This document shows positions 25,839 through 38,639 of a DNA stretch of 64,000 bases, piece after piece. The DNA comes from Lobosporangium transversale. Taxonomy: Eukaryota. Position 1 is the first letter of the stretch; each line of letters begins with the position of its first letter. The stretch spans positions 186,001 to 250,000 of the forward strand of contig NW_019029021.1 in NCBI RefSeq assembly GCF_002105155.1, given 5' to 3'. The position numbers and the translations under genes were made by a program. Below the pieces are notes generated by a model that searched no databases, was not told where the DNA came from, and worked only from the letters and a program-made list of their open reading frames with translations.

Positions 25839-28800
25839 TTTTTTTTTTTTGATGTCCAGGACAGTATTACTGAAATGACATTGGAGAAAAGAGCAGTGTC
25901 AACTACATCACTCTTTGACCAAAGAAAGCTTTTTTTGCACAGCAACAGTCATTTTGCTGGAATATTTGGAAGGATCTTTGGCCTTCATTATCAACAATGG
26001 TCATACATTTTTTTTTTTTTTTACTAAATACTTTCGCCCAATGAAAAAACAAGGCACGGGTGGCATCACATCAAAAGCCAAAAGTCAAAAGTCAAATGCA
26101 AACGAGGTCTTTGTTGACACATATTAGCCGAATAAGGGGACAAATACAATCATATTGCCTTTAACTAACAGTCTTTCTTTCTTTCTTTCTTTTTTTTTTC
26201 CTCCTTTTCTCGTTTCCTGTTATTTTTTCAATTGATCATTGGTCTCGTCCTTGTGATCCGGGGGGGATGTGAATGATGATCTTTCACCCACTTGATGCTC
26301 ACTGACCCTGTCCACGCCTTTTAATTCTGGCCAATCCCAAATCAACTTTGTATTACAATGACTCTCCCCTACAAATTTAAATTTGGGTCCATTTTTTTTT
26401 TTTTTTTTTTTTTTTTACATCATGCCTCGGTGTGTGTAACGAATGCATGCAATACCAATACTTTTTCCATCGGAACATTTGGGATAACGGGATTCTTCAA
26501 TTCCTAATTTCTCTAAACATGAACATCAACAATATTTGCAAACAATAGTTGTCATGAAGATGTATACCAACATGACCAACATCATCGTCAGACTCTCATG
26601 TGGACCTGAATGTGATCAGAATTCAATCTTGCTCAACTCGCACTACGACACTACGTTGGGATCACCAGGTGCTGTTGATGATGCCCTTGGTGTTGGTGTC
26701 ATGATGGAAATCATCCGTGTGATGTCCCAGCGACCCGCTCCAAAGAAGAACAGTATTGTTTTTTGTAAGTATTCTTTTTTTTTTTTTTTTCTCTTATACC
26801 TTGCTTATGTAAGATAGACTATGCTTTCTGCTAACAAATAATTCCTTATCAAATTTGAAAAAAAAAAAAAAAAAAAAAAAAGTGTTCAACGGAGGTGAAG
26901 AGTCATTACAGGATGCATCCCACTCGTTCATCACTGCACATGAACTTAAGGATCAAGTGAGAGCTGTAGTTAATCTGGAGGCCTGCGGAACTTCCGGGCC
27001 TGAAATCCTCTTCCAAGCCAATTCACGCACAATGATCGATGCCTACAGAACTGTCCCATATCCCCATGGCACCGTCCTTGCCAATGATCTATTTGCGACT
27101 GGGCTCATTCTCTCTGACACAGACTTCCGTCAGTTCGTGGATCATGGAAACTTAACAGGACTTGATATGGCAGTCTATAAGAACAGCTACCTTTACCATA
27201 CTCACTTGGATCTGGACTCGTACATGGAAACAGGTCTACCCCAGCACATGGGTGAGAATACCCTGGCATTGGCTACTTATTTGACTGAGGAGGCAGAGCT
27301 CATCAATTTGGAAAAGACCAGCAGTGTGGTCTTCTTTGACTTCTTCGGCCAGTTCTTTGTCTCATATTCTTGGTCGACTGCATTACAGATTCATATTGTC
27401 GTTGGAGGACTCGCATTATTGGCCATGGCCACTCAAGCCTCGCGCCCAACCCTGCGTGCGACTGTCTCTATCCTCTTCTCGTTTATGGCGGCTCTGATCC
27501 TTCCTAACCTGTCAGTGATCTTCCTGTTGTCACTGGGCAAACCCATGCAATGGTTCTCGCACGAGTGGCTATCCTGTCTTTTGTTTGGACCTATTGCTCT
27601 TGTTGGCATGTTCTCGGTCCAGTACCTCTTCCATGATAAAAAAGCGAGCACAGGTGCGAACGAACTGAGCACGTTCTCTGCGGTGCATGCGTTCTACACC
27701 ATTTGCTTGGGCCTTGCTTCGTATACAGGACTCGCCTCCAGCTACGTCTTTGCGCTCTATTCGATCAGCTCAACTCTAGGCCTATTCTTCAACAAGTTCC
27801 GCATTGCTGAAGCCAAGAAGGATGGTGTAGAGTCTGCACGCGTGGATTATATGACCTACTTTGTTGCCTCGTTGTTGCCTACAGCCTATTTTTCGTTTGT
27901 CTGCTTCAGCTTGTTGGATATTTTCATCCCTCTGACTGGTCGCATTGGTGTAGATGCCCCCGTGGATAATATTGTTGCAGTCCTGACTGGCTTTATTATA
28001 TTTGTGTTCTGTCCTCCCATCATGGCATTCACCCATCGGTTCGGAGCCTCAATGTTGCGCAAGATGATTGTCCTGTTGCTTGTGGCCCATTTGGCGATCT
28101 TGTTGATCACATCCATGTTCATCTCACCCTATAATGAACTTCATCCAAAACGTGTCTTTGCTCAGCACCTGAAGAACTTGACTTCTGGAGAATCGATGAT
28201 GTATATTGCGCACGCAGATCCAGGTCCCTTTTATGATCCCTATGTGACTGAGCTCGAGGAAATGTTTTCAACCAAGGCTGTCTTCCGCAGCCCCAACAAC
28301 AACCCTGGAGACTGGAATGCCATCTATCCATTCAACCAATTCTTGGAATCTTATGTGATCGACACGACACCCTATATCAAGACCCAGACTCAAAACAAGA
28401 CGATTGCCAACACAGATAGACCATTGACCGACTTTGTCCATCAGGCGCCTCAGCTCATTGCCGAGAAGGTTTCGTATGATCCCAAGACGGGTCATCGTAG
28501 GTTGACGGTGTTATGTACCCATCCAAATTATATCTGGACTGTGGCCAGCTTTGATACACATTTGGTATCATGGTCATTATCGTCGTCGGATCCATTTCCC
28601 TATCATTCTCATTATGTGATTCGACATGTGGGTGGTCATGTTAGTGACGGATGGAAGTTGGACCTGGAATACAAAGCCAAAGGACCGGATGACAAGTTGA
28701 TGATTGAGTTGACAGCAATGGAGACTGAGGGATTTGGAAGAGACCAGGAAAGAGAACTGATTGGAAGCGGCGATATTGGTGTTATGCGCAAGGTCTTGAA

Positions 28801-28864
28801 GACGCGACCAGCATGGTTGGCGCTGACGTATTTTGGCACAACCGTGAGTCGGTTCCATCTGTAG
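25183..28864 (+). CDS. Membrane metallopeptidase, M28 family (ERMP1/Fxna-like), 3 exons
   Basis: IGYRVVGT, YTNMTNIIVRLS, ILLNSHYDTTLGSPGAVDDALGVGVMMEIIR, FNGGEESLQDASHSF, VNLEACG..GPEILFQ, GLILSDTDFRQF, YLYHTHLD, multiple TM helices and HPKRVFAQH. Introns 25781-26548 (GC-AG) and ~26765-26882. Confidence 0.95.
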
Positions 28865-29269
28865 AGGAAGAGAAAAAAAAAAAAAAAAAAAAAAAATAGA
28901 GAAAGGAGGGAATGAAAGGAAAGAAAGGGAAAAAAGGGAAAGAAAAAAAGAAACTGTCTCCCTACTTTCTTTCCACATATCCATGCTACCCATACGCTCT
29001 TGTATTTTTAAATTACCAATAAAGGTCGATCAATTCTTCTTTAAGTGTCAACATGCATGCAATGTACATGTACACGCACGTACAAACTTTAAAACGAAGT
29101 TGATACCTGGGCCGAGTACGTGTCCTGGATATAAACCTTATTGTGGGATCGTGGGAAGTTTAGGCTACTCATCCTTATTCCTTTTCTCCCACACTCCATT
29201 CTCTTTCTCTCTCTCTCTCTCCACTCATTCAACACCCAATTTTCATTGCCATTACCGGTGCTCTTAACC

Positions 29270-29661
29270 ATGTTTGCCAGATCATTCCTTCAGAGAGCTA
29301 GCACTCGTTTGCCGAGCTTGGCTTCAACTGCTGTATGACATTATTACATGCTTTTTTTTTTTTTTTTTTTTTTGCATTGACATTTTCATCAGTATACAAT
29401 TTATGCAAGATCCATTCTTTGAAAAAATAAAAAATAAAAAAAAAAATTTACTAATAACAATTCCTTCTTATCACCCTTTTCACAGCGCACAGCAGGCGTG
29501 CGTGCTGGCTCTGTCCGCTTCATTTCATCTTACAATGCCCATGTGGCCGGTTTGACGGATGAACAAAACGAGTTCCGTTTGGCTGTCCACCGGTTTGCTA
29601 ACGAGGAGCTTGCTCCTCGTGCCCATGATATTGACAAGAAGAACGAATTTCCTATGGTAAA

Positions 29662-29701
<40 letters not shown>

Positions 29702-30955
29702 TAATTGCTTCATTGGAGTTTTTGCGCAGCTTTGTAATTTATGAAAACTTTATCATCCCTTCTTATTTATTTTTATTTTTATTTTTGTTTTTATAATAAA
29801 TTATAGGACATGTGGAGGAAGTTCGGTGATATGGGTCTCCTTGGTATCACTGTCCCCACTGAATATGGTGGTCTTGGACTTGGATATTTGGAACACACTG
29901 TTGCCATGGAGGAGATTTCTCGTGCTTCCGGATCGGTTGCTTTGTCATATGGTGCTCATTCTAATCTTTGCGTCAATCAGATCAACCGCAACGGAACCGA
30001 TGCCCAAAAGAGGAAGTTCTTGCCCAAGGTAAACAACAAAAATGAGTTTTTGTTTTGCGGGTTACTTTTATCGTCATTATTATTAATCGTATTAAGTGTA
30101 CTAATTGTTTTTTTTTTTTTTTCTTTTTTTCTTTTTTTATAGCTGATTTCTGGCGAACATGTTGGTGGTTTGGCCATGTCTGAGCATACCTCTGGATCAG
30201 ATGTCGTTTCCATGAAGCTTCAGGCAGAAAAGAAGGGTGACAAATATATCCTCAATGGTACTAAGATGTGGATCACCAATGGTCCTGATGCTGATACACT
30301 TGTTGTATACGCCAAGACTGACATCAAGGCCGGACCCAAGGGTGTCACAGCCTTCCTCATTGAGAAGGGCATGAAGGGATTCTCTCGTGGCCAGAAGCTC
30401 GATAAACTGGGTATGCGTGGCTCCAACACGTCTGAGCTCATCTTCGAGGACTGTGAAGTGCCTGAGGAGAACGTCTTGGGAGAGATTGGAAAGGGAGTGT
30501 ACGTGCTCATGTCTGGTTTGGACTATGAACGTTTGGTATTGTCAGGAGGACCTCTTGGTTTGATGCAGGCTGCTTTGGACATCACCCTTGACTATGTCCA
30601 TCAGCGCAAGCAGTTCAACCAGCCCATCGGAGAATTCCAGTTGATCCAGGGCAAGATTGCAGACATGTACACCAAACTGAATGCCTCCAGATCCTATGTC
30701 TATGCCACAGCCCGTGCCTGCGATAATGGACATGCCTCCAACCGAGACTGTGCCGGCGTGATCTTGTACTCTGCCGAACGTGCAACAGAGGTTGCATTGG
30801 ATGCCATCCAGTGCCTTGGAGGAAATGGATACATCAACGACTTCCCTACTGGCAGGATCTTGAGGGATGCTAAGCTCTATGAGATTGGTGCTGGTACCTC
30901 AGAAATCAGGAGGATGTTGATCGGACGTGAGTTCAACAAGGAGTACAAAAATTAG
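29270..30955 (+). CDS. IVD: Mitochondrial isovaleryl-CoA dehydrogenase (4 exons)
   Basis: Presequence-like [14 protein letters not shown], then [76 protein letters not shown] and [36 protein letters not shown]. Confidence 0.96.
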
Positions 30956-31101
30956 AAGAAAAAAAAAAAAATAGTAAATAAATAAATTTATAATAAGAAA
31001 AATAGAATGAAGAGTTTTACGATTTACATTATCCGGGATATTTATTTTAATTATTTTGTTCTGTTCTAATTTCAAACTAAACTGAGAAAAGTCCACCCCT
31101 T

Positions 31102-32118
31102 TCATTGCGAGATAATGATGGGCGGTCTATTGGCCTTGTTTCTTTGAACGCGCAAGAATAACCAGTCGACAGCTTCCTTCACTCCTGTGCCCTCTAATGC
31201 TGAAATGGGCAACACTCTTGAATCACGAGCCCCGAGTCGCTCTGCAATCTGATTAAAAATCTCTTTGATTTGTTCAAGCCTTAAAGCTGTAGGCATATCT
31301 TGTTTATTTGCCAACATAAGCACAGGGACTCCCTCCACTGTGTCATCCATAATTACTTTTTCTAATTAAATGAAAAAGAGATAAAAATAGATAAATATAT
31401 AAATAAATAAAAATTAAATCCTAATAATGTGTAATATAATAGCAAAGTAGAATAGTATGATCATCGTAAATGTTGTTTTCGTTTTCGTCTTTTTTAATTA
31501 CCAAGAGCATTTTTACACTCCTCGATACGCTCTGGATCAGATGAGTCTACAACAAAGACAATGGCATGACATTCCCGATAATAACGTTCCCAAATGGATT
31601 GTAAATCAGTCTGTCCTCCAAGATCCTGAAAATTGATTCTAGCGCCTCCAATGTCAATTCTTCCGACTATATAAAAATAAAAATAAAAATAAAAAAAGAT
31701 ATGTTAAGAATAATAGTATTAATGGAAGATCAATATGATGTTGCAAATATCGAATAATCCCAGTTTTGAAGACATACTGTTCAATCCAACTGTTGGGGCG
31801 ATTCTTTCTGGTGGTAATCCTGGTACTCCAAGGAATATAGATTTAATCCTTTCTAGTAATGTCTTTTTTTTTTTTTTTTTTTTGTAATAAAATAAAATAA
31901 AATTAGTCCTTCACATATTGATAAAAGTAAAAAAAAAAAAAAAAAAAAAAGCCGCAAGTATTCCATAATGATCAAGAATAAAGAAAAAAAAAAAAAAAAA
32001 GATACATAAATGAAAATGGCGTTACAGTCTTTCCAGCATTATCGAGCCCAATAATAACAATATAATATGCCTCTCGTCGTGTAAGGTGCTTGTAGAGTCC
32101 ACTTAGAAACGTATACAT
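31102..32118 (-). CDS. ARFRP1: ARF-related small GTPase ARFRP1/Arl3 (4 exons)
   Basis: MYTFLSGLYKHLTRREAYYIVIIGLDNAGKT | TLLERIKSIFLGVPGLPPERIAPTVGLN | ...QDLGGQTDLQSIWERYYRECHAIVFVVDSSD | VPVLMLANKQD...ISALEGTGVKEAVDWL. Confidence 0.92.
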
Positions 32119-32514
32119 CGTAAACGAATAAAAATAATATAAAACAAAAAAAAAAAAAAGTAAAGGTAATTGCCACTACTTTCTCCTGTTGACACCTCGT
32201 TTTTTTTTTTTTTTTTTTTTTTTTCTTTCTCCTTTTCGCAGATGGTCCTATTGTTCCTGACAATGAATGAGAACAGATGGACCCGAAAAAAAAATAAGAA
32301 ATGGAGTTACAATGAATCTATTTAAATCACGTGAATATCACACAAAATTATTTTCACAGTTTGGTGAGCTTGGCAATGTTTCATCCAAGGCCAACTTTTT
32401 GAAACGGTATTATGATACTCCACACGAACATAATGTGCTCCGAAGAGACAACGACTAGAGTGAAGTCAACTAAAAAAAAAAAAAAAAAAAAAAAAGTAAT
32501 AATGATTGCTCTTA

Positions 32515-33160
32515 CATTTCCCATTTTCCTTCACATAATACACTCTGGGAATCCCAATAAATAGCCGCATCAACCTCTTTAACAACGCAAACTTTCTCAT
32601 TGATCGCTAGAGTCTTTATGTTCGTTGCAATTGAGCTGTATGTCTAGGTTTCTAGGTTATCCAACCTTTTTTCAGGTGACTGTACTCTTCTATCGTGAAA
32701 TCCAAGAGGTTCTTGCCCCCGCAATCTCGGAAATCTATACATGAGGAGCCAGTGCTCCTCCGGTAAACTAAAGTTCTCCGGCGCGCTGGAGCGATGTTGT
32801 TGCTGGGCATTTTAACGCCTTATCTAATTTTTATTCTATTAACTCATTTATTATTTACCAATCGGGATGTTTTGTGAATCCACAGGAAGGAAAGTTTCTT
32901 TGTGCAAAGGCCTTTCATTAGCTATTGGCGAATCCCCCTTGGCATCACCAAAAACTACCACAGTCATGCCTGTAAAAAGACAGTATAAAGACTAAAGAAT
33001 CTGGCTCCAAGAAAGCCCTTAGTCTTTCGCAGTGCAGTCTTTTTCTAGCTTATCTTTTCACATGCTAGTTCCCTTCTACTTTCAAGCCCTAGACTCTCGG
33101 TGATTCAGTCTTTGAGCTTACTTATAAAGCTCTCTTCAGTCTTTTGGACATCCTATGGTA
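32515..33160. repeat. Diverged copy of the ~0.65-kb dispersed repeat (same orientation as the 37075-37775 copy)
   Basis: Shares ggaaatctatacatgaggagccagtgctcctccggtaaactaaagttc and the ttaactcatttattatttaccaatcggg block. Its 32567-32728 part is the reverse complement of 45407-45568. Confidence 0.9.
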
Positions 33161-34915
33161 TTCTTTGTCATTAAGATCATTTGCTTTTTATTCTCCTTGT
33201 CACGTCTGACAACAATCCAGTTTTTTTATTTTTTATTTTTTTTTTTTCCTTCACTGGGCGAACAATACACCAGTGGTGATATGGTGCACTATATCCTCGT
33301 CTCTTTTCATCTGCCCTGGGCACTAAAACGAGCAAACTTGACTATTTAGTTTCCTTCAACGCATGGAAAGTGTTGAAAACAACTGACTATTGGCTTGTCA
33401 CTCGAACGAGACCACAGCTATAAAAAACAAAGCACCAAGTACCTGCTTCTATTTCCTGCCTCCTTCCATTTCTACCTCCTCGCTGGCCTCTTTTTGCTCG
33501 AGGTGTGCTACCAAGCCTTTATACTAGTCTAAAGATCCATGTCATTCGAGTTACTCCTTTTTTCTTTTCTTTTTAATCGACTGATAGCAGACCCCTGGTC
33601 CTTGTCTCTAACAGCAACGGTACTAGTTCGAATCACTAGAATGTGGAACTAATGGCAGCCATAGTTATCCCGCTTGTACGCGTCACTCCCGCTCCAACCA
33701 CACAACTCCCTGGGATCGCCAAGGCCAAACTACCGTCCTAGACGCGTGGGATATGCCTTGCGCATAATGTTATCTCAAATACGATTTGATATACCCAAAC
33801 CTATCAAGGCAGCAACAGGGCTGCGAGAGGTTTCCTCTGACTGCGAGGCCGATCCTCGCCTCGCAAAAGTGCGAGTGAAACAGCCATAGATTTTGTATTC
33901 TCGAGATAACAATACCTGTTGCTGTTCACATGAATATTTGAGCTATTTCCGTCTTGTTACAGACCAATATACAATTATTATCTTAATACTCAACTCTTTT
34001 TAGCCAGCGAATATATATATTTTTTATCTCTTTTAAAGACATCTTTACCTTGGTCTGATCTACTGGTTACAGGGTACGTAGTTTATCTGCCAGTGAGGCA
34101 AGACGTCCCTATCCTTCACATTCAGCATTGGCAGGCTCCACTCCTTAATCGATGAATACAACTACACCGCAAGCGAATTTCAGACCATGAATCGCAGATC
34201 AAGTGATACACTGGCCTTGACACGCTCTCCGATGAAAACACTTACATGTCATCTTGGATCACATTAGATTCATGGGCTCATGCCACAGGCTTCATAGGGG
34301 AGAATCTTCTTATACCGTCAGTTTGGTGCCGCGCCCTCGCCAGCGAGAAGAGATCTGCCAAAAGTTGGTGTAATAACCAAGCGACAACGCACTAAGTATG
34401 GTAACAAAAAGACTTCTTTGAAGGAGAAACCCCATTCAGACAAGTTCCTCTTGACCTCCCTAATAACTTTACTGAAGCGGTTTTGAGTTCCAAGTTTAAC
34501 TTGTTACTAAAGCGTTGATTATTTTGTAGGGATTAAAAATTATATAATCGATATCCAATGTCAAGCAACAAGAAAGCTTTCTTTCCATAGATGAGGAGTG
34601 GACTGAGGCCAAGCACTAGAGTTAATTCGTGTTGTCTCTGCCTCCAAAAACTACTCTTGGGCATCTGCTGAAGGGTAGATAAGCAAACTATTAGTCGACA
34701 GCCGGTTGTAGGTATGCTTGCCATCGGAAGTCCAAGGTCCCTGTAACTAATTCTGAGGGTCTTTCGGGCAGTGACCACTGCTTTCGGGTATGGTTAGGCG
34801 CAGTGGCTTTTATTATGGAGTGAAATTAACAAATTGGATTTGTTGAATGTGCCGCAAAGTCCCGTCGCCATTTGTGCATCCACGTCTCATTACCCTCCAT
34901 CGACTCCATTTCTTC

Positions 34916-37900
34916 GCAACATGGACAGTCTTAAGTTAAATCCTTTGGAGTTTCCGGAAATCCTCTTACTCATTGGCGAGTCGCTCGACCGAAGCGATCT
35001 TCTAAGCTGTATCCGCGTCTCCAAGTATTTTCATAGGATTTTTATCCGTCTCGTATGGAGAGAGATCACTATCACATCGAGCAGAAATCCTACTGGTAGA
35101 ACAATATATAAGCATAAGGGATACATCAAAGAGATTATATTTAATGATTACACATTCAGAGCCTCCTTCCCAAAGATGTATGGGCAGTTACAGGGCCTCA
35201 AGTCCATTACATATGGAAAGAGATGTAGATGGCCTACACCGATCCACCTTGTCAACCAGATCAAGGTTCGCAGCTCCATCATCACTAGCTTTCGCTTGAC
35301 CGCAAAAGAAGCTTCACTAGAGCTGTGGAAAGCTTTATTGGAATGCACCAACCTCAACCATTTGGAGGTTTATCACGTATATACCGAAGTTGCAGCCGAC
35401 TTATTCCTTCAAGTCTGCAAAAAAGTTAGGCACTTGGAATTGGATAATGCAGCCTTTCAGCTACCTATTAACTTCATGAGTAGTGGCGACAGCGAATATC
35501 TTCTCCCAAATATACGCACGTTGCGTATTCATAATGTCTCGATAGTCAACAATCGATTCTCGTCCACTGGCTGGTATTGTCTCGGGATGTTGGTTAAGAA
35601 TTGTCCAGCATTGTGTTCACTGAATATTGGCAACTACTCCAAGGGAGACCCAACTGCTCATGCAAAATTCTACAGGGTAGTACATCACCAGCGTCCTTGG
35701 ACTCTGAGTAATCTATCAGATCTATCTATCAATATGCGAATCAATGACAAGGATTTGGCAACACTTCTCAGACGGATGACTAAATTAAAACGGTTATGCG
35801 CCCCTTATGGTCTAATTGATGAACTCACTTTACAGGAATTGCTAGCTGACAAGCAAGAGGTGATGGATAGTGGACAACTAGTACAAAAGACTAGACTCTG
35901 GAGGCTCTGTGAGACCGTCGAGACATTGAAGTTGAATGGACGCTCCGGTTTTGCTCATACTATTCTATCAAACTGTCCGCGATTGAAAAGCCTGGCTGGG
36001 GTTAATATTACGGTGACAGAGATTATCGAAGGAGCAGAATGGGTTTGTACTGGGTTGACTCAACTGGCTATCGATCTTGAGGTAGATGTTGATCAAGAGA
36101 CTGAAGAAGGCATGACAAAGACACGCATTGCCTTTAGACGACTTGGCAAGTTGACACAGCTAGAACATATTGATCTAGCAGATTGGAACTCATATTTTGA
36201 AGTAGAGTGGGCCTCAAGGGGTGTATATAGGCGGTCGCTAGACTTGAGATTAAAATCAGGTCTGGATGAACTAGCCAATCTGAAGAGACTACGTTCGCTG
36301 AGTTTTGAAAGGGATAAACACCAGAGAATACAGCTTGAGGATGCGGAATGGATGGTGAACAATTGGCCAAACCTTGAATGCGTGCTTGGTGATCTGAACG
36401 AGAGCAGTGTAGCTACTTTGCTGAAAAAGCATAACATATCCACTAACCAATATTAAAGAAGAAACGAAGAGCATTGTCACATCCTATCCTAACACAGAGA
36501 CAGGGACCTTACACATGAGCCTTTTAGTGCATATCCACTTCCTGAAAATTGCAATACAATCTATATGATGGTGATGATAAGGACCATTGTAGTAATAAAA
36601 ACATTTACAAGAATTACACATTGCAAAAGTAACCTTTACAACCAATGTTTGTGTCAATATGAAAGTGCTTTTTCTTTTATGGCTGCCCAACGAGTTGTGA
36701 TTTAGCTGAAGAGAAAGCCGAATCTCGTCTTCGTTTGAATCCCCTTTCTTCTTTCTCTACTATGGCTTCTTTTTCTTAAACAAGACTTTTCATAGCGTCG
36801 ATATAGAGAGTACGCAGTTGTTCTTGGAACGCTCCTATCACCATTGTCTCACCGCCAGAATTCTCTTGCCAGATATAGTATCAAACTTTTACTTTTACAA
36901 CTATACATCTCGTGTTTGAACACATCAGACATACTCCTTTCTTTTCTACGCTCTGAATGTTTAAATTGTACCGGTAAAACATTACTGAGTGTTCGATAGA
37001 ATGCTAGATGGCCATCCTGCTCAAAAGGAGTTTGTAACCGTGTCTGCACTTGTACGATGGTGTTTATACGGAAGTATTTTCTTATTTCTTCAGACATGTG
37101 CGGTCAACTGAAAAAAGATATTGCAGCTGCGCGAAAGAGCAACGATCTTCACTCCCTCACTTTTCCCATTTCCTCTCACATAATCCACTCTGAGCATCTC
37201 AATAAATAGCCGCATGAACCTCTTTAACAATGCAAACTTTCTTGCTGACTGCTAGAGCCTTTATGTATGCTGCAAATGAGCTGTTCGTCTCTTATCCAAA
37301 CATATTTCATAAAGTCCAAGAGATCTTGCCATGCAGTCATGGAAATCTATACATGAGGAGCCAGTGCTCCTCCGGTAAACTAAAGTTCGCTGGCGCGCCG
37401 GAGCTATGTTGTTGCTGGGCATTTTAACGCTTTATCTAATTTTTATTCTATTAACTCATTTATTATTTACCAATCGGGATGTTTTGTGAATCCACAGGAA
37501 GGAAAGTTTCTTTGTGCAAAGGCCTTTCATTAGCTATTGGTGAATCCCCCTCCCTTGGCCTTGTCAGGAACTTTCACGGCCATGCCTACAAACAGATAAT
37601 ATAAAGAAAGAGTCTGGCTCAAGCAAGCCCTTAGTCTTTCATCCTGCAGTCCTTCTCTAGCTTACCTTTACACATGTTAGTTCCCCTTCTACTTTCAAGC
37701 TCTAGACTTTCAGCGATTCGGTCCTTGTTCTTGCCCATAACACGCTTCTCTTACTTTGTGGCATCCGATGGTGTCCCTTGTAAATTTACCTTTATTTCCT
37801 TCTTTATTTTTCCTTACCCCTCTTTCCCTTAGCGGAGATACACTTACTTTTTACAACAGTCTAGTCTTTTCTTTTATATTTTCTTTTATTCTTTTTTGAC

Positions 37901-38154
37901 ACTGCTGAACAATGTAATGCTGGTGAGTCAGTGATGGTATGGTGTACCCTAATACAAAAGTGAACCGGTACACCAAACCCAATGACGGAGGAAATAAAGA
38001 ACTTGCTATCTATCGCGTCATATACGTATAGGTCCTCGTAGCGCACCGCGACTAAATATTTGGATACTTTACTACACCTGTGATTTGATAACACAGCGCT
38101 TATATGGTAGCGGCAGGTCGTGTTTACATCCTCATTGTTATAAAGATAATAGTA
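34916..38154. repeat. Segmental inverted duplication, copy B (partner 11789-15027)
   Basis: Reverse complement of 11789-15027. The segment 36080-38154 appears identical to 11789-13863. Confidence 0.97.
34921..36456 (+). CDS. F-box / LRR (RNI-like) protein, copy B, intronless, 511 aa
   Basis: Same architecture as copy A, about 95% identical protein (25 differences by manual count). The ORF-track start at 34834 is a TTG; the first ATG is at 34921. Confidence 0.88.
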   Translation: MDSLKLNPLEFPEILLLIGESLDRSDLLSCIRVSKYFHRIFIRLVWREITITSSRNPTGRTIYKHKGYIKEIIFNDYTFRASFPKMYGQLQGLKSITYGKRCRWPTPIHLVNQIKVRSSIITSFRLTAKEASLELWKALLECTNLNHLEVYHVYTEVAADLFLQVCKKVRHLELDNAAFQLPINFMSSGDSEYLLPNIRTLRIHNVSIVNNRFSSTGWYCLGMLVKNCPALCSLNIGNYSKGDPTAHAKFYRVVHHQRPWTLSNLSDLSINMRINDKDLATLLRRMTKLKRLCAPYGLIDELTLQELLADKQEVMDSGQLVQKTRLWRLCETVETLKLNGRSGFAHTILSNCPRLKSLAGVNITVTEIIEGAEWVCTGLTQLAIDLEVDVDQETEEGMTKTRIAFRRLGKLTQLEHIDLADWNSYFEVEWASRGVYRRSLDLRLKSGLDELANLKRLRSLSFERDKHQRIQLEDAEWMVNNWPNLECVLGDLNESSVATLLKKHNISTNQY

Positions 38155-38639
38155 GTAAAAAGATATGAAAGAATAATTAGTGCAAGTGCTGGATTGCTCC
38201 CACGAAGCAACATGTAAATCAGGTATCAATCAAATATTAATAGCACATTCACAGATATAATTATACTCTTGCCTTTTTTTCATGAGTGTTCGAAAGCGAG
38301 AGTGTCCAAATGTTCTGGAGACGTGCCTTTGATACAGGGTCGGATATCTAATGGTGTAGTCTTTCTTGCTTCCTTGTCCTGTTCCTCACTTTTATTAACC
38401 TTTTCTGCTACTTCTCTTCTTCGTTAGTACTTTCGTTTACTTTTTTTTTTTTTTTTTTTTTTGCGTTCTGTTGTTTGGTGTTTTCTTTTCTTACTTTTAC
38501 TTTCATTGACTTCTTGGTACTTACCTTGTTTACTTGAGACTGTCCACCCTACCACCCTATACAGTCCCTTACCCTTGAAGAAGAAGAAAAATATAAAAAA
38601 AAAACTTTCCTGTATTCGCTTTCTTTCCTGTACTTTCAT

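Noticed and set aside
33600..34830. Possible transposon or pseudogene fragments upstream of F-box copy B
   Set aside because: Coding-like composition but interrupted in all frames, with no identifiable motif.
34921..36079. DGR-type (adenine-specific) or RIP-type mutagenesis as the source of F-box variation
   Set aside because: The substitutions are a mix of transitions and about 12 transversions in both directions. About 19 of 28 involve an A, but not directionally from one template. There is no reverse transcriptase in the window, no C-to-T/CpA bias and no stop codons.
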